From: an uncultured Ardenticatenia bacterium
Lineage (GTDB): Bacteria > Chloroflexota > Anaerolineae > 4572-78 > NAK82
Direction: 5' to 3'
NCBI GenBank assembly: GCA_937127125.1
Contig: CAKZLO010000033.1
Span: 69,217 to 133,216, forward strand
Length of the DNA: 64,000 bases
Made by a program: the position numbers and the translations under genes. The notes under the pieces were generated by a model. That model made no database searches. It saw only the letters and a program-made list of their open reading frames with translations, and was not told the DNA's origin. Below, in pieces: positions 1 through 7,114 of the stretch. The number at the start of each line of letters is the position of its first letter. Position 1 is the stretch's first letter.

Positions 1-56
1 AGATCGCTTCCCCTGCCAGGCTTTGGGTAATCCTTTGGGCTTCGCTCGAAAGGGGC

Positions 57-85
57 TTGTATTACACGTTAAAGTCAATTATAAT
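57..85 (+). promoter_or_regulatory. Putative sigma70-type promoter upstream of rex
   Basis: TTGTAT (57-62), 17-nt spacer, TATAAT (80-85); about 95 nt upstream of the rex ATG. Confidence 0.45.
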
Positions 86-96
86 GGATACAGAGT

Positions 97-114
97 ATGT
101 GACTGCTTTCACAA
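97..114. promoter_or_regulatory. Rex-operator-like inverted repeat (autoregulatory site candidate)
   Basis: ATGTGAC-TGCT-TTCACAA has a TGTGA-N6-TCACA core. The right half equals the Rex half-site TTCACAA; the left half matches 5/7. It sits just downstream of the putative -10. Confidence 0.55.
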
Positions 115-178
115 GGTGACCTTCTGTTTGGCTTCCTTGTCGGCCAGATGTCAGGATGGGGGAGGGAGAGCAAAGCAT

Positions 179-796
179 ATGCCGATGGGTAAAGTGCCCG
201 ATATTGTGGTAGGTCGCCTGCCCCTCTATCTTCGCACCCTCAATTACCTGATAGAGGAGGGGCATGAGGTAGTTTCCTCGCAAGAATTAGGTCGTCGTCT
301 GGGCATCAGCCCGGCTCAAATCCGCAAGGACCTCTCCCATTTCGGAGAGTTCGGCAAGCAGGGCGCAGGCTACGATGTCAACTATCTGCGCAAGCAATTG
401 ACGCATATTTTACACGTAGAAAGAGTATGGCCAGTGGCGTTGGTGGGATGCGGGGCGCTGGGCCATGCGCTCGCGAATTACAACGGATTTCTCACTAAAG
501 GGTTCGAGATCACTCTCATTTTCGACAACGATCCTGCCAAGATCGGTCAGATGGTTGCCGGCAAAGTGATCCATGATGTAGCCGATATGCCCAGACTGCT
601 TTGCGAGCACGGCATCCGCATTGCCATCGTGGCTGTTCCTTCGTCTGCGGCACAGGCGACAGTGGATATTCTGGTGAAGTGTCGGGTGCGCGCGATTCTC
701 AACTATGCCCCCATCAACATCTCGGTGCCGCCCGGTGTGCAGGTTCAGAACATCGACCCGGCGGTGCACCTGCAACGTATGACCTATTACCTCTGA
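179..796 (+). CDS. rex: Redox-sensing transcriptional repressor Rex
   Basis: ORF 23..796 (TTG start) trimmed to ATG 179, preceded by GGGGGAGGGAGAG. The N-terminal winged helix reads VGRLPLYLRTL...ISPAQIRKDLSHFGEFGKQGAGYDV. It is followed by the Rossmann motif VALVGCGALGHALANY. Confidence 0.9.
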   Translation: MPMGKVPDIVVGRLPLYLRTLNYLIEEGHEVVSSQELGRRLGISPAQIRKDLSHFGEFGKQGAGYDVNYLRKQLTHILHVERVWPVALVGCGALGHALANYNGFLTKGFEITLIFDNDPAKIGQMVAGKVIHDVADMPRLLCEHGIRIAIVAVPSSAAQATVDILVKCRVRAILNYAPINISVPPGVQVQNIDPAVHLQRMTYYL

Positions 797-878
797 GCGC
801 TCTGAGTGCGCTGGCGCAGCGGGCGGCGATACCGTCGGAATGGTCGAAATGAAGCTCTGAACGTATCCCCTTGCCGTG

Positions 879-926
879 AAGAAGGGGTGTACATTTTGGT
901 GACGGATGCACACCCCTTCTTGTTTT
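879..926 (+). terminator. Hairpin plus short T-run after rex
   Basis: AAGAAGGGGTGT (879-890) pairs with ACACCCCTTCTT (910-921) and is followed by GTTTT. The loop is long (19 nt), so this is only a moderate call. Confidence 0.4.
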
Positions 927-982
927 CAGTACGCCTTGGCGAGGCCAGATAGGAGATGCTCAACCGTGACGATGCACCCCGC

Positions 983-2092
983 TCAATCCGACAGGGTAAA
1001 CTCTGGCAAGTACATCCTCTCGCCGCCGCGCATTGCCGACTCGTGTGCCAGGATGCCTGTGCATGTCCAGTTGGCTGCCTGGCGCGCGTTGGGGAAGGGC
1101 TCACGATCTTCCACGATGCTCATGATAAACTCATGGGCAAGGTGGGGATGAGAGCCTCCGTGTCCGGCACCTTGAATAAAGGAGAGATGCTGTTGCTCCT
1201 CGCCGTACACCCCCTTGGTGGTGAAGCGCTGGATCGGCTCGGGCAGCAGGTGGGCATAATCGAGCACGTCCACCTGATGCGGCACCTCACCGATGTGCAC
1301 GACAGGCGGTGTGTGCTCAATGAGTGGCCACTCAAATGACATTTTGCTGCCGTAGACATCGAAGCTCTCACGATACTGCCGCGCTGTGTTAAACAGGGAG
1401 CGCATTACCTCGGCAACCAGATCAGAGTTGTGCAACTTGATGTGTGCCGTCTCAATGGCGAACGGCGAGTTATACTTGGGTATGAGGTGTTCTTGGATGC
1501 GTCCTGAGCCAAGGCACACTACCCACTCAGCGTCCTTTCCTGCCAGCGCCAGGCATGGGCTCACCACGTGTGTGGCATAGAGCATTGGTGGAAAGCCTTC
1601 CCAGTAACCTGGCCAACCCAGCATCTCCTGCTGGTGTGTGGCACGCAGAAACTGGATGCGCCCCATCTTACCCGAGGTGTAGAGTTCCTTCACATAGAGG
1701 AACTCACGCGAATAGATGGTTGTTTCCATCATCATGTATTTCTTGCCTGAAGCTTTTTGAGCTTCCACAATCTGGCGACACTCCTCGACTGTGGTGGCCA
1801 TCGGCACGGTGGAAGCTACATGCTTGCCTGCCTTCAGCGCTGCCAAGCTCATGGGCGCGTGGTCTGCGATGGGTGTGTTGATGTGCACAGCGTCTACGTT
1901 GGGATCTTTGAGCAATTCGTTGAAGTCAGTGTAGCGCACCGCCACGCCGAACGCGTCTCCAATCTGGTCCAGGCGACTTTTCGTGCGCTGGCAGATGGCG
2001 TACATATTGGCATGAGGGTGCTTTTGGTAGATGGGGATAAACTCGGCGCCAAATCCTAATCCCACAATGGCAACGTTGACCTTTTTGTCCAT
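983..2092 (-). CDS. Gfo/Idh/MocA family NAD(P)-dependent oxidoreductase
   Basis: ORF trimmed to ATG 2092 with SD AAGGAGGTGA. N-terminus MDKKVNVAIVGLGFGAEFIPIYQKHPHANMYAICQRT is the typical Rossmann start of this family. Confidence 0.85.
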   Translation of the reverse strand: MDKKVNVAIVGLGFGAEFIPIYQKHPHANMYAICQRTKSRLDQIGDAFGVAVRYTDFNELLKDPNVDAVHINTPIADHAPMSLAALKAGKHVASTVPMATTVEECRQIVEAQKASGKKYMMMETTIYSREFLYVKELYTSGKMGRIQFLRATHQQEMLGWPGYWEGFPPMLYATHVVSPCLALAGKDAEWVVCLGSGRIQEHLIPKYNSPFAIETAHIKLHNSDLVAEVMRSLFNTARQYRESFDVYGSKMSFEWPLIEHTPPVVHIGEVPHQVDVLDYAHLLPEPIQRFTTKGVYGEEQQHLSFIQGAGHGGSHPHLAHEFIMSIVEDREPFPNARQAANWTCTGILAHESAMRGGERMYLPEFTLSD

Positions 2093-2274
2093 ACCTTCAC
2101 CTCCTTGAGAAGTCAATATGAAAGGGGATTACCCTTAAAGACATCCCGTGGATATGACAGCGTGCAGGCGTTGCCTAATATACTGCAAAAAATGGTCTCG
2201 GTCAACTGACGGACACAACAGAATGGGGCTCGCCAGCCCACAAGTTGAGTTTGTCGCTGGGCAGCCCATCCCAC

Positions 2275-2817
2275 TCAAGCCAGTGCCTCGTCACACACTG
2301 TGCGATAACCGCATACTAGGCAGCGGCGCGTTTCATTGTGGTCACGGTGTACCTCTATTTGGCTCACCAAATCGGCGCGCATCGCCTCCAAGGTGCTCAG
2401 CAACATGTCACGCAGCTTATCGGAGTACTCTATCTGGAATGTCTGCTCGGGATACTTGATGAAGCCATAAGGGGGAGGCTGGCCCTCTGCTTCCTCCACT
2501 AAGAAACAATAGGCAGTCAGCTGTAAGATGTGGGACAAATAGGGCTGCGGTGGTGTCCTGCTTGACTTCACCTCCACCGGGATGAGGCCATCGCGTGTGG
2601 TGAGTAGGTAGTCAGGCTTGCCTGCCAGCTGGCACCTCGCCGAGAAGAGAAGCCTCTCCGGCACACGCAGTCCCTTCACATCAGCGGAGACGATTCGCCC
2701 TGCTGGTAAGCAGGCGGTACGTGTGCGGCGCGCATATGCCAACACCAATCCGCCGCTGACCAGCAAAGTGAGCACCATTACTCCCCCCAGCAGCTGCCAC
2801 CAAGCAATGTCGCTCAT
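2275..2817 (-). CDS. Membrane-anchored PD-(D/E)XK nuclease, Cas4/Dna2-type domain
   Basis: N-terminal TM helix WWQLLGGVMVLTLLVSGGLVLAY. Nuclease motifs are GKPDYLL...IPVEVKSS (D..EXK) and QLTAY. The C-terminal Cys triad is CLVCGYRTVC (C-x2-C-x5-C). Confidence 0.7.
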   Translation of the reverse strand: MSDIAWWQLLGGVMVLTLLVSGGLVLAYARRTRTACLPAGRIVSADVKGLRVPERLLFSARCQLAGKPDYLLTTRDGLIPVEVKSSRTPPQPYLSHILQLTAYCFLVEEAEGQPPPYGFIKYPEQTFQIEYSDKLRDMLLSTLEAMRADLVSQIEVHRDHNETRRCLVCGYRTVCDEALA

Positions 2818-2834
2818 AGCTCAGCCCAGTGTGA

Positions 2835-3665
2835 TCAGTTCTGCGGCGCCTCGCTGGCTGGCTTGATCACCCCATGGTAAGGGGTGATCTCGATGGGCAC
2901 TCCTACCGGATTCCACGCAGCCAGCCACTGCGCATCCTCTGGCGCAATGCGCACACATCCTTTGGAAGCTGGTTCTACCCCCAACGCCTCGGGTCGGTCA
3001 TAGATTTTTTCATCACCGTTGGGTACATAGGGTACACTGTGGATCAAAATGGAGCCCGCGGGACCCGGAAACAGGTACCATATGTAGTCGGCCCATAAGT
3101 CGCTGTTGCGGAAGCGTGCCTTGCCCCAGAAAGGCCCCACCACACCCCGCCAGGCTGGGGTAAAGGAATTCTCATAGGGTGCACCGGTGCTCACCGGGAT
3201 CAGGCGGATGACACGACCGTGCTCGTACACAATCATCACCTGCTTGTCCTGATCCACCACCAAGTAGCGACCTTCCGGCGGCGGAGTCAGGGTCAGAGCT
3301 CTCCATGCAAGTGGTGTTGGTGGTACGGGATCTCGTCCCGAAAGAACATCGACCGCTTGCGCCGACGGAGTCGGGGTCAGAGTGGCGGTGGCGGTCGGTC
3401 GTCGAGTGGCGGTTGCCATCGGAGACGGCGTAGGAGATGGGAACACACGAGCTGCTGATGTCTTCGTCACAGGCATATGGGGATTGCTAGGCGCTGTCAT
3501 TTCATCGGCTGGGACAGGTGGCGTATCAACCACCCCTGCACGTGTTAACAGACCCCACAGTAATCCGCTGCGAATGCTGAATCCCCACAGGCTGAATGTC
3601 ACCAGGGCCAGACAGGCAACAACGAGACAACGTTTCCACTTCACATTCATAGCGTTATGTTCCAC
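2835..3665 (-). CDS. L,D-transpeptidase (YkuD domain), membrane anchored with Pro/Thr-rich linker
   Basis: SILIHSVPY and GCVRIAPEDAQWL form a YkuD His/Cys catalytic pattern. N-terminal TM helix and PT-rich linker are present. Start is GTG 3665 or ATG 3650. Confidence 0.8.
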   Translation of the reverse strand: MEHNAMNVKWKRCLVVACLALVTFSLWGFSIRSGLLWGLLTRAGVVDTPPVPADEMTAPSNPHMPVTKTSAARVFPSPTPSPMATATRRPTATATLTPTPSAQAVDVLSGRDPVPPTPLAWRALTLTPPPEGRYLVVDQDKQVMIVYEHGRVIRLIPVSTGAPYENSFTPAWRGVVGPFWGKARFRNSDLWADYIWYLFPGPAGSILIHSVPYVPNGDEKIYDRPEALGVEPASKGCVRIAPEDAQWLAAWNPVGVPIEITPYHGVIKPASEAPQN

Positions 3666-3966
3666 ATGAGCTCAAGAGCAGCAGAATACCTGTGACTAAG
3701 CCCAACCCCAGTAGACTGTAGGCAATACTTTGCCAGCGCTGTGCTGTACCCAGTGTATGACCTAGCTGCTCGTGAAATTGTATCCCGGTGGCCATCGCAG
3801 CTTGGTTGTCAGGGCGGTAACCGAGCACTCGAGCAAACCACCATGCCCGCCGGCAGAAAGCATAGTAGCCCACCTCACTTGCTCGCAACACGAGGTCACC
3901 ATGGGAAACCGGCGTTGCGTCACCTGTTTCATCGTGGAGATCAGAGAGTCGGGAAAAGTAGCTCAC
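3655..3966 (-). CDS. Small membrane-anchored protein with a Cas4-N-terminus-like motif
   Basis: 103 aa, GTG start 3 nt after the translin stop. SEVGYYAFCRRAWWF...GIQFHEQLG resembles the N-terminal Cys-helix and following His motif of Cas4 nucleases. C-terminal TM helix IAYSLLGLGLVTGILLLL. Confidence 0.5.
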   Translation of the reverse strand: MSYFSRLSDLHDETGDATPVSHGDLVLRASEVGYYAFCRRAWWFARVLGYRPDNQAAMATGIQFHEQLGHTLGTAQRWQSIAYSLLGLGLVTGILLLLSSCGT

Positions 3967-3969
3967 ACC

Positions 3970-4659
3970 TCACAAAGTCTCCGGTTCCCGGGTTTCGGAA
4001 AAGTTATCGGCGAGCGTAGGAGGAGCGCCCAATCCGCTGCGTGTGCTGAACTCGCGCAAGGCTGCTTTCATTTCCTCTTGGCGCACCGCTGTTGTGAGAT
4101 CGCCGCGAGTGCGTTCCAGAACGGCGCGCACCGCATCTGTGCTGCGTCGCAGCCCACCGGTGATGGCCTCCGAGAAATCCATCGTGATCAGCAACGTATA
4201 GACCTCGTCCATGATGTCGAGCAGGCGCTCTCCGGTGGCCACGTCGTCATGGCGCAGTCGGTCGAGCACATAGCGGCGCAGCTCACCCATTGCCTCAGCG
4301 AGACCGTTCAGATAAGGAGCTGCCTGTACTCCGAGCGTCTGGGGCGTGGGCACTTCTCGGTTGGTGATCAGCGCATACGTCAGATGGGCTTCGCTCAGCT
4401 CTTTCAGGGCATCTTGTGTGTAGCCGGCGTAATACAGATCGGGGTGATCGGCGATTTCTCCCGTCATATCGGCAGCCGCCGCTCGTGCCTCCTCGAGCAG
4501 CTGCTCTGCTTCAGGCCACTCGCCCCGATGGATAGCGCGGATGGCATGGGCACAGTAGCGCGTCAGCTGGCGCGCGCGCCGCAGTGTTTCGTCACGCAAC
4601 TGCTCCTTGAGCTCGAGCTCGTGGCGAATGGAATCAACGATGGCGTGCAGCTGGCTCAT
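3970..4659 (-). CDS. Translin/TRAX family protein
   Basis: 229-aa all-helical protein. YYAGYTQDALKELSEAHL...APYLNGLAEAMGELRRYVLD...LLDIMDEVYTLL matches the translin-family pattern as I recall it. SD GAGG overlaps the ssb stop. Confidence 0.7.
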   Translation of the reverse strand: MSQLHAIVDSIRHELELKEQLRDETLRRARQLTRYCAHAIRAIHRGEWPEAEQLLEEARAAAADMTGEIADHPDLYYAGYTQDALKELSEAHLTYALITNREVPTPQTLGVQAAPYLNGLAEAMGELRRYVLDRLRHDDVATGERLLDIMDEVYTLLITMDFSEAITGGLRRSTDAVRAVLERTRGDLTTAVRQEEMKAALREFSTRSGLGAPPTLADNFSETREPETL

Positions 4660-4665
4660 CTTGCC

Positions 4666-5085
4666 TCAGAACGCGAGATCGTCTACATCGGTGGCTGCTA
4701 TGGACTCGGCGGCATCAATGGGTGGCTCAACCGTTTCGCCCCTGCTTCCCAAGAACTTGGCGGTTTCGACCGTGATTTCGTAGCTGGCACGGGCCTGTCC
4801 ATCCGCCCCAACCCACACGCGAGGACCACCAGTGTTCCTGTCTGGGGTCAACCTTCCCTCGATATACACTTGTCGACCCTTAGAGAGATACTGATTGATT
4901 GTCTCGGCCAGTTTGCGCCAGGCTGTGCAGCGGAACCATACCGTCTCCTCGCCTGCCGAGCCATCTTGATTGGTCCAGCGTCGGTTGGTAGCGACGCTGA
5001 ACGTGACAACCGGGTCGCCGGTCGGTGTGTAGCGCAATTCTGGATCGTTGCCCAGATTACCAATGATGATCACCTTGTGGTACAT
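4666..5085 (-). CDS. ssb: Single-stranded DNA-binding protein
   Basis: OB-fold N-terminus MYHKVIIIGNLGNDPELRYTPTGDPVVTFSVATNRRW, and an acidic C-terminal tip DVDDLAF (canonical DDDIPF-like). Confidence 0.9.
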   Translation of the reverse strand: MYHKVIIIGNLGNDPELRYTPTGDPVVTFSVATNRRWTNQDGSAGEETVWFRCTAWRKLAETINQYLSKGRQVYIEGRLTPDRNTGGPRVWVGADGQARASYEITVETAKFLGSRGETVEPPIDAAESIAATDVDDLAF

Positions 5086-5139
5086 AAGAGCTGAGCCCTC
5101 CTTTCAGGCGGCAAATACCACTATTATTCTTAAGAAGGC

Positions 5140-5169
5140 ATATTATCCCCATCCGCCGTAATGTGTCAA
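5140..5169 (-). promoter_or_regulatory. Possible promoter of the ssb-translin-... operon
   Basis: On the minus strand: TTGACA (5169-5164), 18-nt spacer, TAATAT (5145-5140). The -10 is weak. Confidence 0.3.
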
Positions 5170-5263
5170 TCTGTGTCCAATCGAGATGATACTTGACATA
5201 TTCTCTATGCGTGTGTTACGATGAAGCAGGGTAGTCTGGCCGCGATCACAAGGAGAGAACGAA

Positions 5264-5830
5264 ATGAGCGCATCTGACTTGGAAGCTCTGTTCAAGCAAG
5301 CGATGGCGGCAGTGAACGCCGGCGATTTGGTCAGGGGGCGTGCCCTGCTCGAACAGATCCTGGAGAAGGACCCTCAAAATGACTGGGCTTGGGTCTGGTT
5401 GAGCGGCTGCGTTGAGGATCCGCTCCAACGGCGCATCTGTCTGCAGCAAGCTCTTAAGGTGAACCCAAACAACCCCGCAGCGTTGGACGGAATGAAAGTG
5501 CTCGACGGCGAGCTGGTACAGGTGTCGAGCACTACCCCATCCCTGCTGGAAAGCCGTCTCGCCGCGATCGGGGTTGGCGAGTCGGCGGCTCCGGTGCCAT
5601 CCGCTTCTTCTGCCGAACCCGTGTCGGCAGTGGTATCCGCCGAGGCAATGGGACCCGCCACGCCTGCGATGGAGCCAGCCTCGGAAGGCGTGCCAGCAGC
5701 GCCAACCAGACCGCGCCGCCGATGGTGGCTCTGGCTGATTTTGGGGATCTTCTTGCTGGCTGTCTTGGTGTGTGGTCTGGTGGTCTGGCAGGTGGTCTTG
5801 CCGCTGGTCGAAGTGTTCCAGATTATGTAA
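5264..5830 (+). CDS. TPR-like N-terminal domain protein with C-terminal transmembrane anchor
   Basis: SD AAGGAGAG. AGDLVRGRALLEQILEKDPQNDWAWVWLSGCV...QQALKVNPNNPAAL is TPR-like. C-terminal TM helix WWLWLILGIFLLAVLVCGLVVW. Confidence 0.6.
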   Translation: MSASDLEALFKQAMAAVNAGDLVRGRALLEQILEKDPQNDWAWVWLSGCVEDPLQRRICLQQALKVNPNNPAALDGMKVLDGELVQVSSTTPSLLESRLAAIGVGESAAPVPSASSAEPVSAVVSAEAMGPATPAMEPASEGVPAAPTRPRRRWWLWLILGIFLLAVLVCGLVVWQVVLPLVEVFQIM

Positions 5831-5865
5831 TACGCGCGACACCGGCGATGTCGCGGGGAAAGGTC

Positions 5866-6846
5866 TCAGCCCCCTATTCCTGCCATGGGACGGGAAGTGG
5901 GAAAGATGCCCTGCGCCAGCATGCTGCCGTACGGCTTGCATTGGATAGCACGTGAGAACAGATCGGCCAGAGCGTCTACTGGGTCGTCCGCGCGAAGTCT
6001 CGGACGTAAGTCCCACTCTTCATCTTGCAGAAGGCACAATCGGATGCGTCCGTCTGCCGTCACACGGATGTGATTGCAACGATGGCAGTATGCGTGACTT
6101 ATCGGGCTGATGAACTCCAGGCTCCCCTTACCCCCAGCTAACCGGTATCGGTACGTGTCTCTATCAGTCCCTGCTTCCTGTTCTGCCACCAATGGCCCCC
6201 ATGCCCTTTCGATGCGTGCCCGTGTTTCTTGGTTTGCAACGTAGTGCTCCAGCGCGAACTGTGCCGGCTTGCCCAGTGGCATGAGCTCAATAAACCGGAC
6301 ATGCCACGGGCGCTGCAACGTGAGCTGGGCCATCTCGACCACGTCCGTCTCGTTGTAACCATGGACCACCACGACGTTCAGTTTGATAGGGGACAAACCA
6401 ACCTGCTCAGCGGCAAGAATGCCCTCCCACACGCGCTCTAGACAATCGCTCCCGCTCAGCGCCTTTATGTGGGCGCCGTTCAAACTGTCCAGATGGATGT
6501 TCACACGGCGCAGGCCGGCCTCCCGCAGCGGCGCAGCCAGCTTTGCCAGACGCACCCCGTTGGTCGTCATCACCAGCTCTTCAATGCCTGGGATGTTGCT
6601 CAGGCGGCGGACGATCTCGAGGAGATCGGGGCGCAGCGTGGGCTCGCCCCCTGTCAAACGCAGCTTGCAAATCCCTACCCGCACGGCGGCGAGGGCCACC
6701 TGTTCGATTTCGTCTGCAGTGAGCAGGCGGGCATGCGCTAACTTCCCGGCTCCCCCATCCGGCATGCAGTAGCGACAGCGCAGATTGCAACGGTTTGTGA
6801 CAGAAAGACGGAGATAAGTGATGGAGCGGCCGAAGTAGTCCTGCAT
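5866..6846 (-). CDS. moaA: GTP 3',8-cyclase MoaA (radical SAM, molybdenum cofactor biosynthesis)
   Basis: SVTNRCNLRCRYCMP (CxxxCxxC), overall MoaA layout, C-terminal Cys motif YCHRCNHIRVTADG. Confidence 0.9.
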   Translation of the reverse strand: MQDYFGRSITYLRLSVTNRCNLRCRYCMPDGGAGKLAHARLLTADEIEQVALAAVRVGICKLRLTGGEPTLRPDLLEIVRRLSNIPGIEELVMTTNGVRLAKLAAPLREAGLRRVNIHLDSLNGAHIKALSGSDCLERVWEGILAAEQVGLSPIKLNVVVVHGYNETDVVEMAQLTLQRPWHVRFIELMPLGKPAQFALEHYVANQETRARIERAWGPLVAEQEAGTDRDTYRYRLAGGKGSLEFISPISHAYCHRCNHIRVTADGRIRLCLLQDEEWDLRPRLRADDPVDALADLFSRAIQCKPYGSMLAQGIFPTSRPMAGIGG

Positions 6847-6881
6847 AGCTCAGTTCCCGGAAAGTCTCGTTAGCATCCTTT

Positions 6882-6910
6882 TTGCCCGCCGCTTCTGCAA
6901 ATGGTACAAT
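6882..6910 (+). promoter_or_regulatory. Putative extended -10 promoter upstream of nuoBCD
   Basis: TTGCCC (6882-6887), 17-nt spacer, TGgTACAAT (6902-6910). This implies a ~200-nt leader. Confidence 0.4.
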
Positions 6911-7021
6911 TATTGTGATGAGCGTGGTGCATAAACAAACTACATTTACATTACGCTATGTCAGTGTAGCATATCGCCTGGAATCCTGTCAACTGGTTTT
7001 AGATCTTAAGGTAGGGTTGGA

Positions 7022-7096
7022 ATGAGTGAGAGCGGTGCATGGTTTAGTGGCGTCCCTGGCGCGATTGGAGGAGTAATCACCCTTGCCCTTTGGTAG
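7022..7096 (+). CDS. Candidate 24-aa hydrophobic micro-ORF in the nuoBCD leader
   Basis: The ATG is preceded by AAGGTAGGGTTGGA. It encodes MSESGAWFSGVPGAIGGVITLALW and stops 18 nt before the nuoBCD ATG. No homology evidence. Confidence 0.2.
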   Translation: MSESGAWFSGVPGAIGGVITLALW

Positions 7097-7114
7097 CCTT
7101 CTGAGGAGCACGGT

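Noticed and set aside
2275-3966. CRISPR-Cas locus implied by the Cas4-like domains
   Set aside because: No direct-repeat/spacer array and no cas1/cas2 or effector genes occur anywhere in the window. The Cas4-type fold occurs widely outside CRISPR systems.
3772-5094. 440-aa ORF on the + strand spanning the translin and ssb region
   Set aside because: It is antisense to two ORFs with clear family motifs (SSB OB-fold, translin). Its translation is Arg/Cys/His/Gly-rich with no domain pattern. This is a typical high-GC shadow ORF.
5246-6016. 256-aa ORF on the - strand overlapping ORF 5264..5830
   Set aside because: It is Arg/His/Gly-rich with no motifs and overlaps the moaA 3' end. The + strand ORF has a good SD, TPR-like helices and a clean C-terminal TM helix.
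6847-7114. Moco riboswitch upstream of moaA, and a Rex operator upstream of nuoBCD
   Set aside because: I read both strands and found neither the conserved Moco-motif helices nor a full TGTGA-N6-TCACA palindrome. Only a TTGTGAT half-site is present at about 6913-6919.
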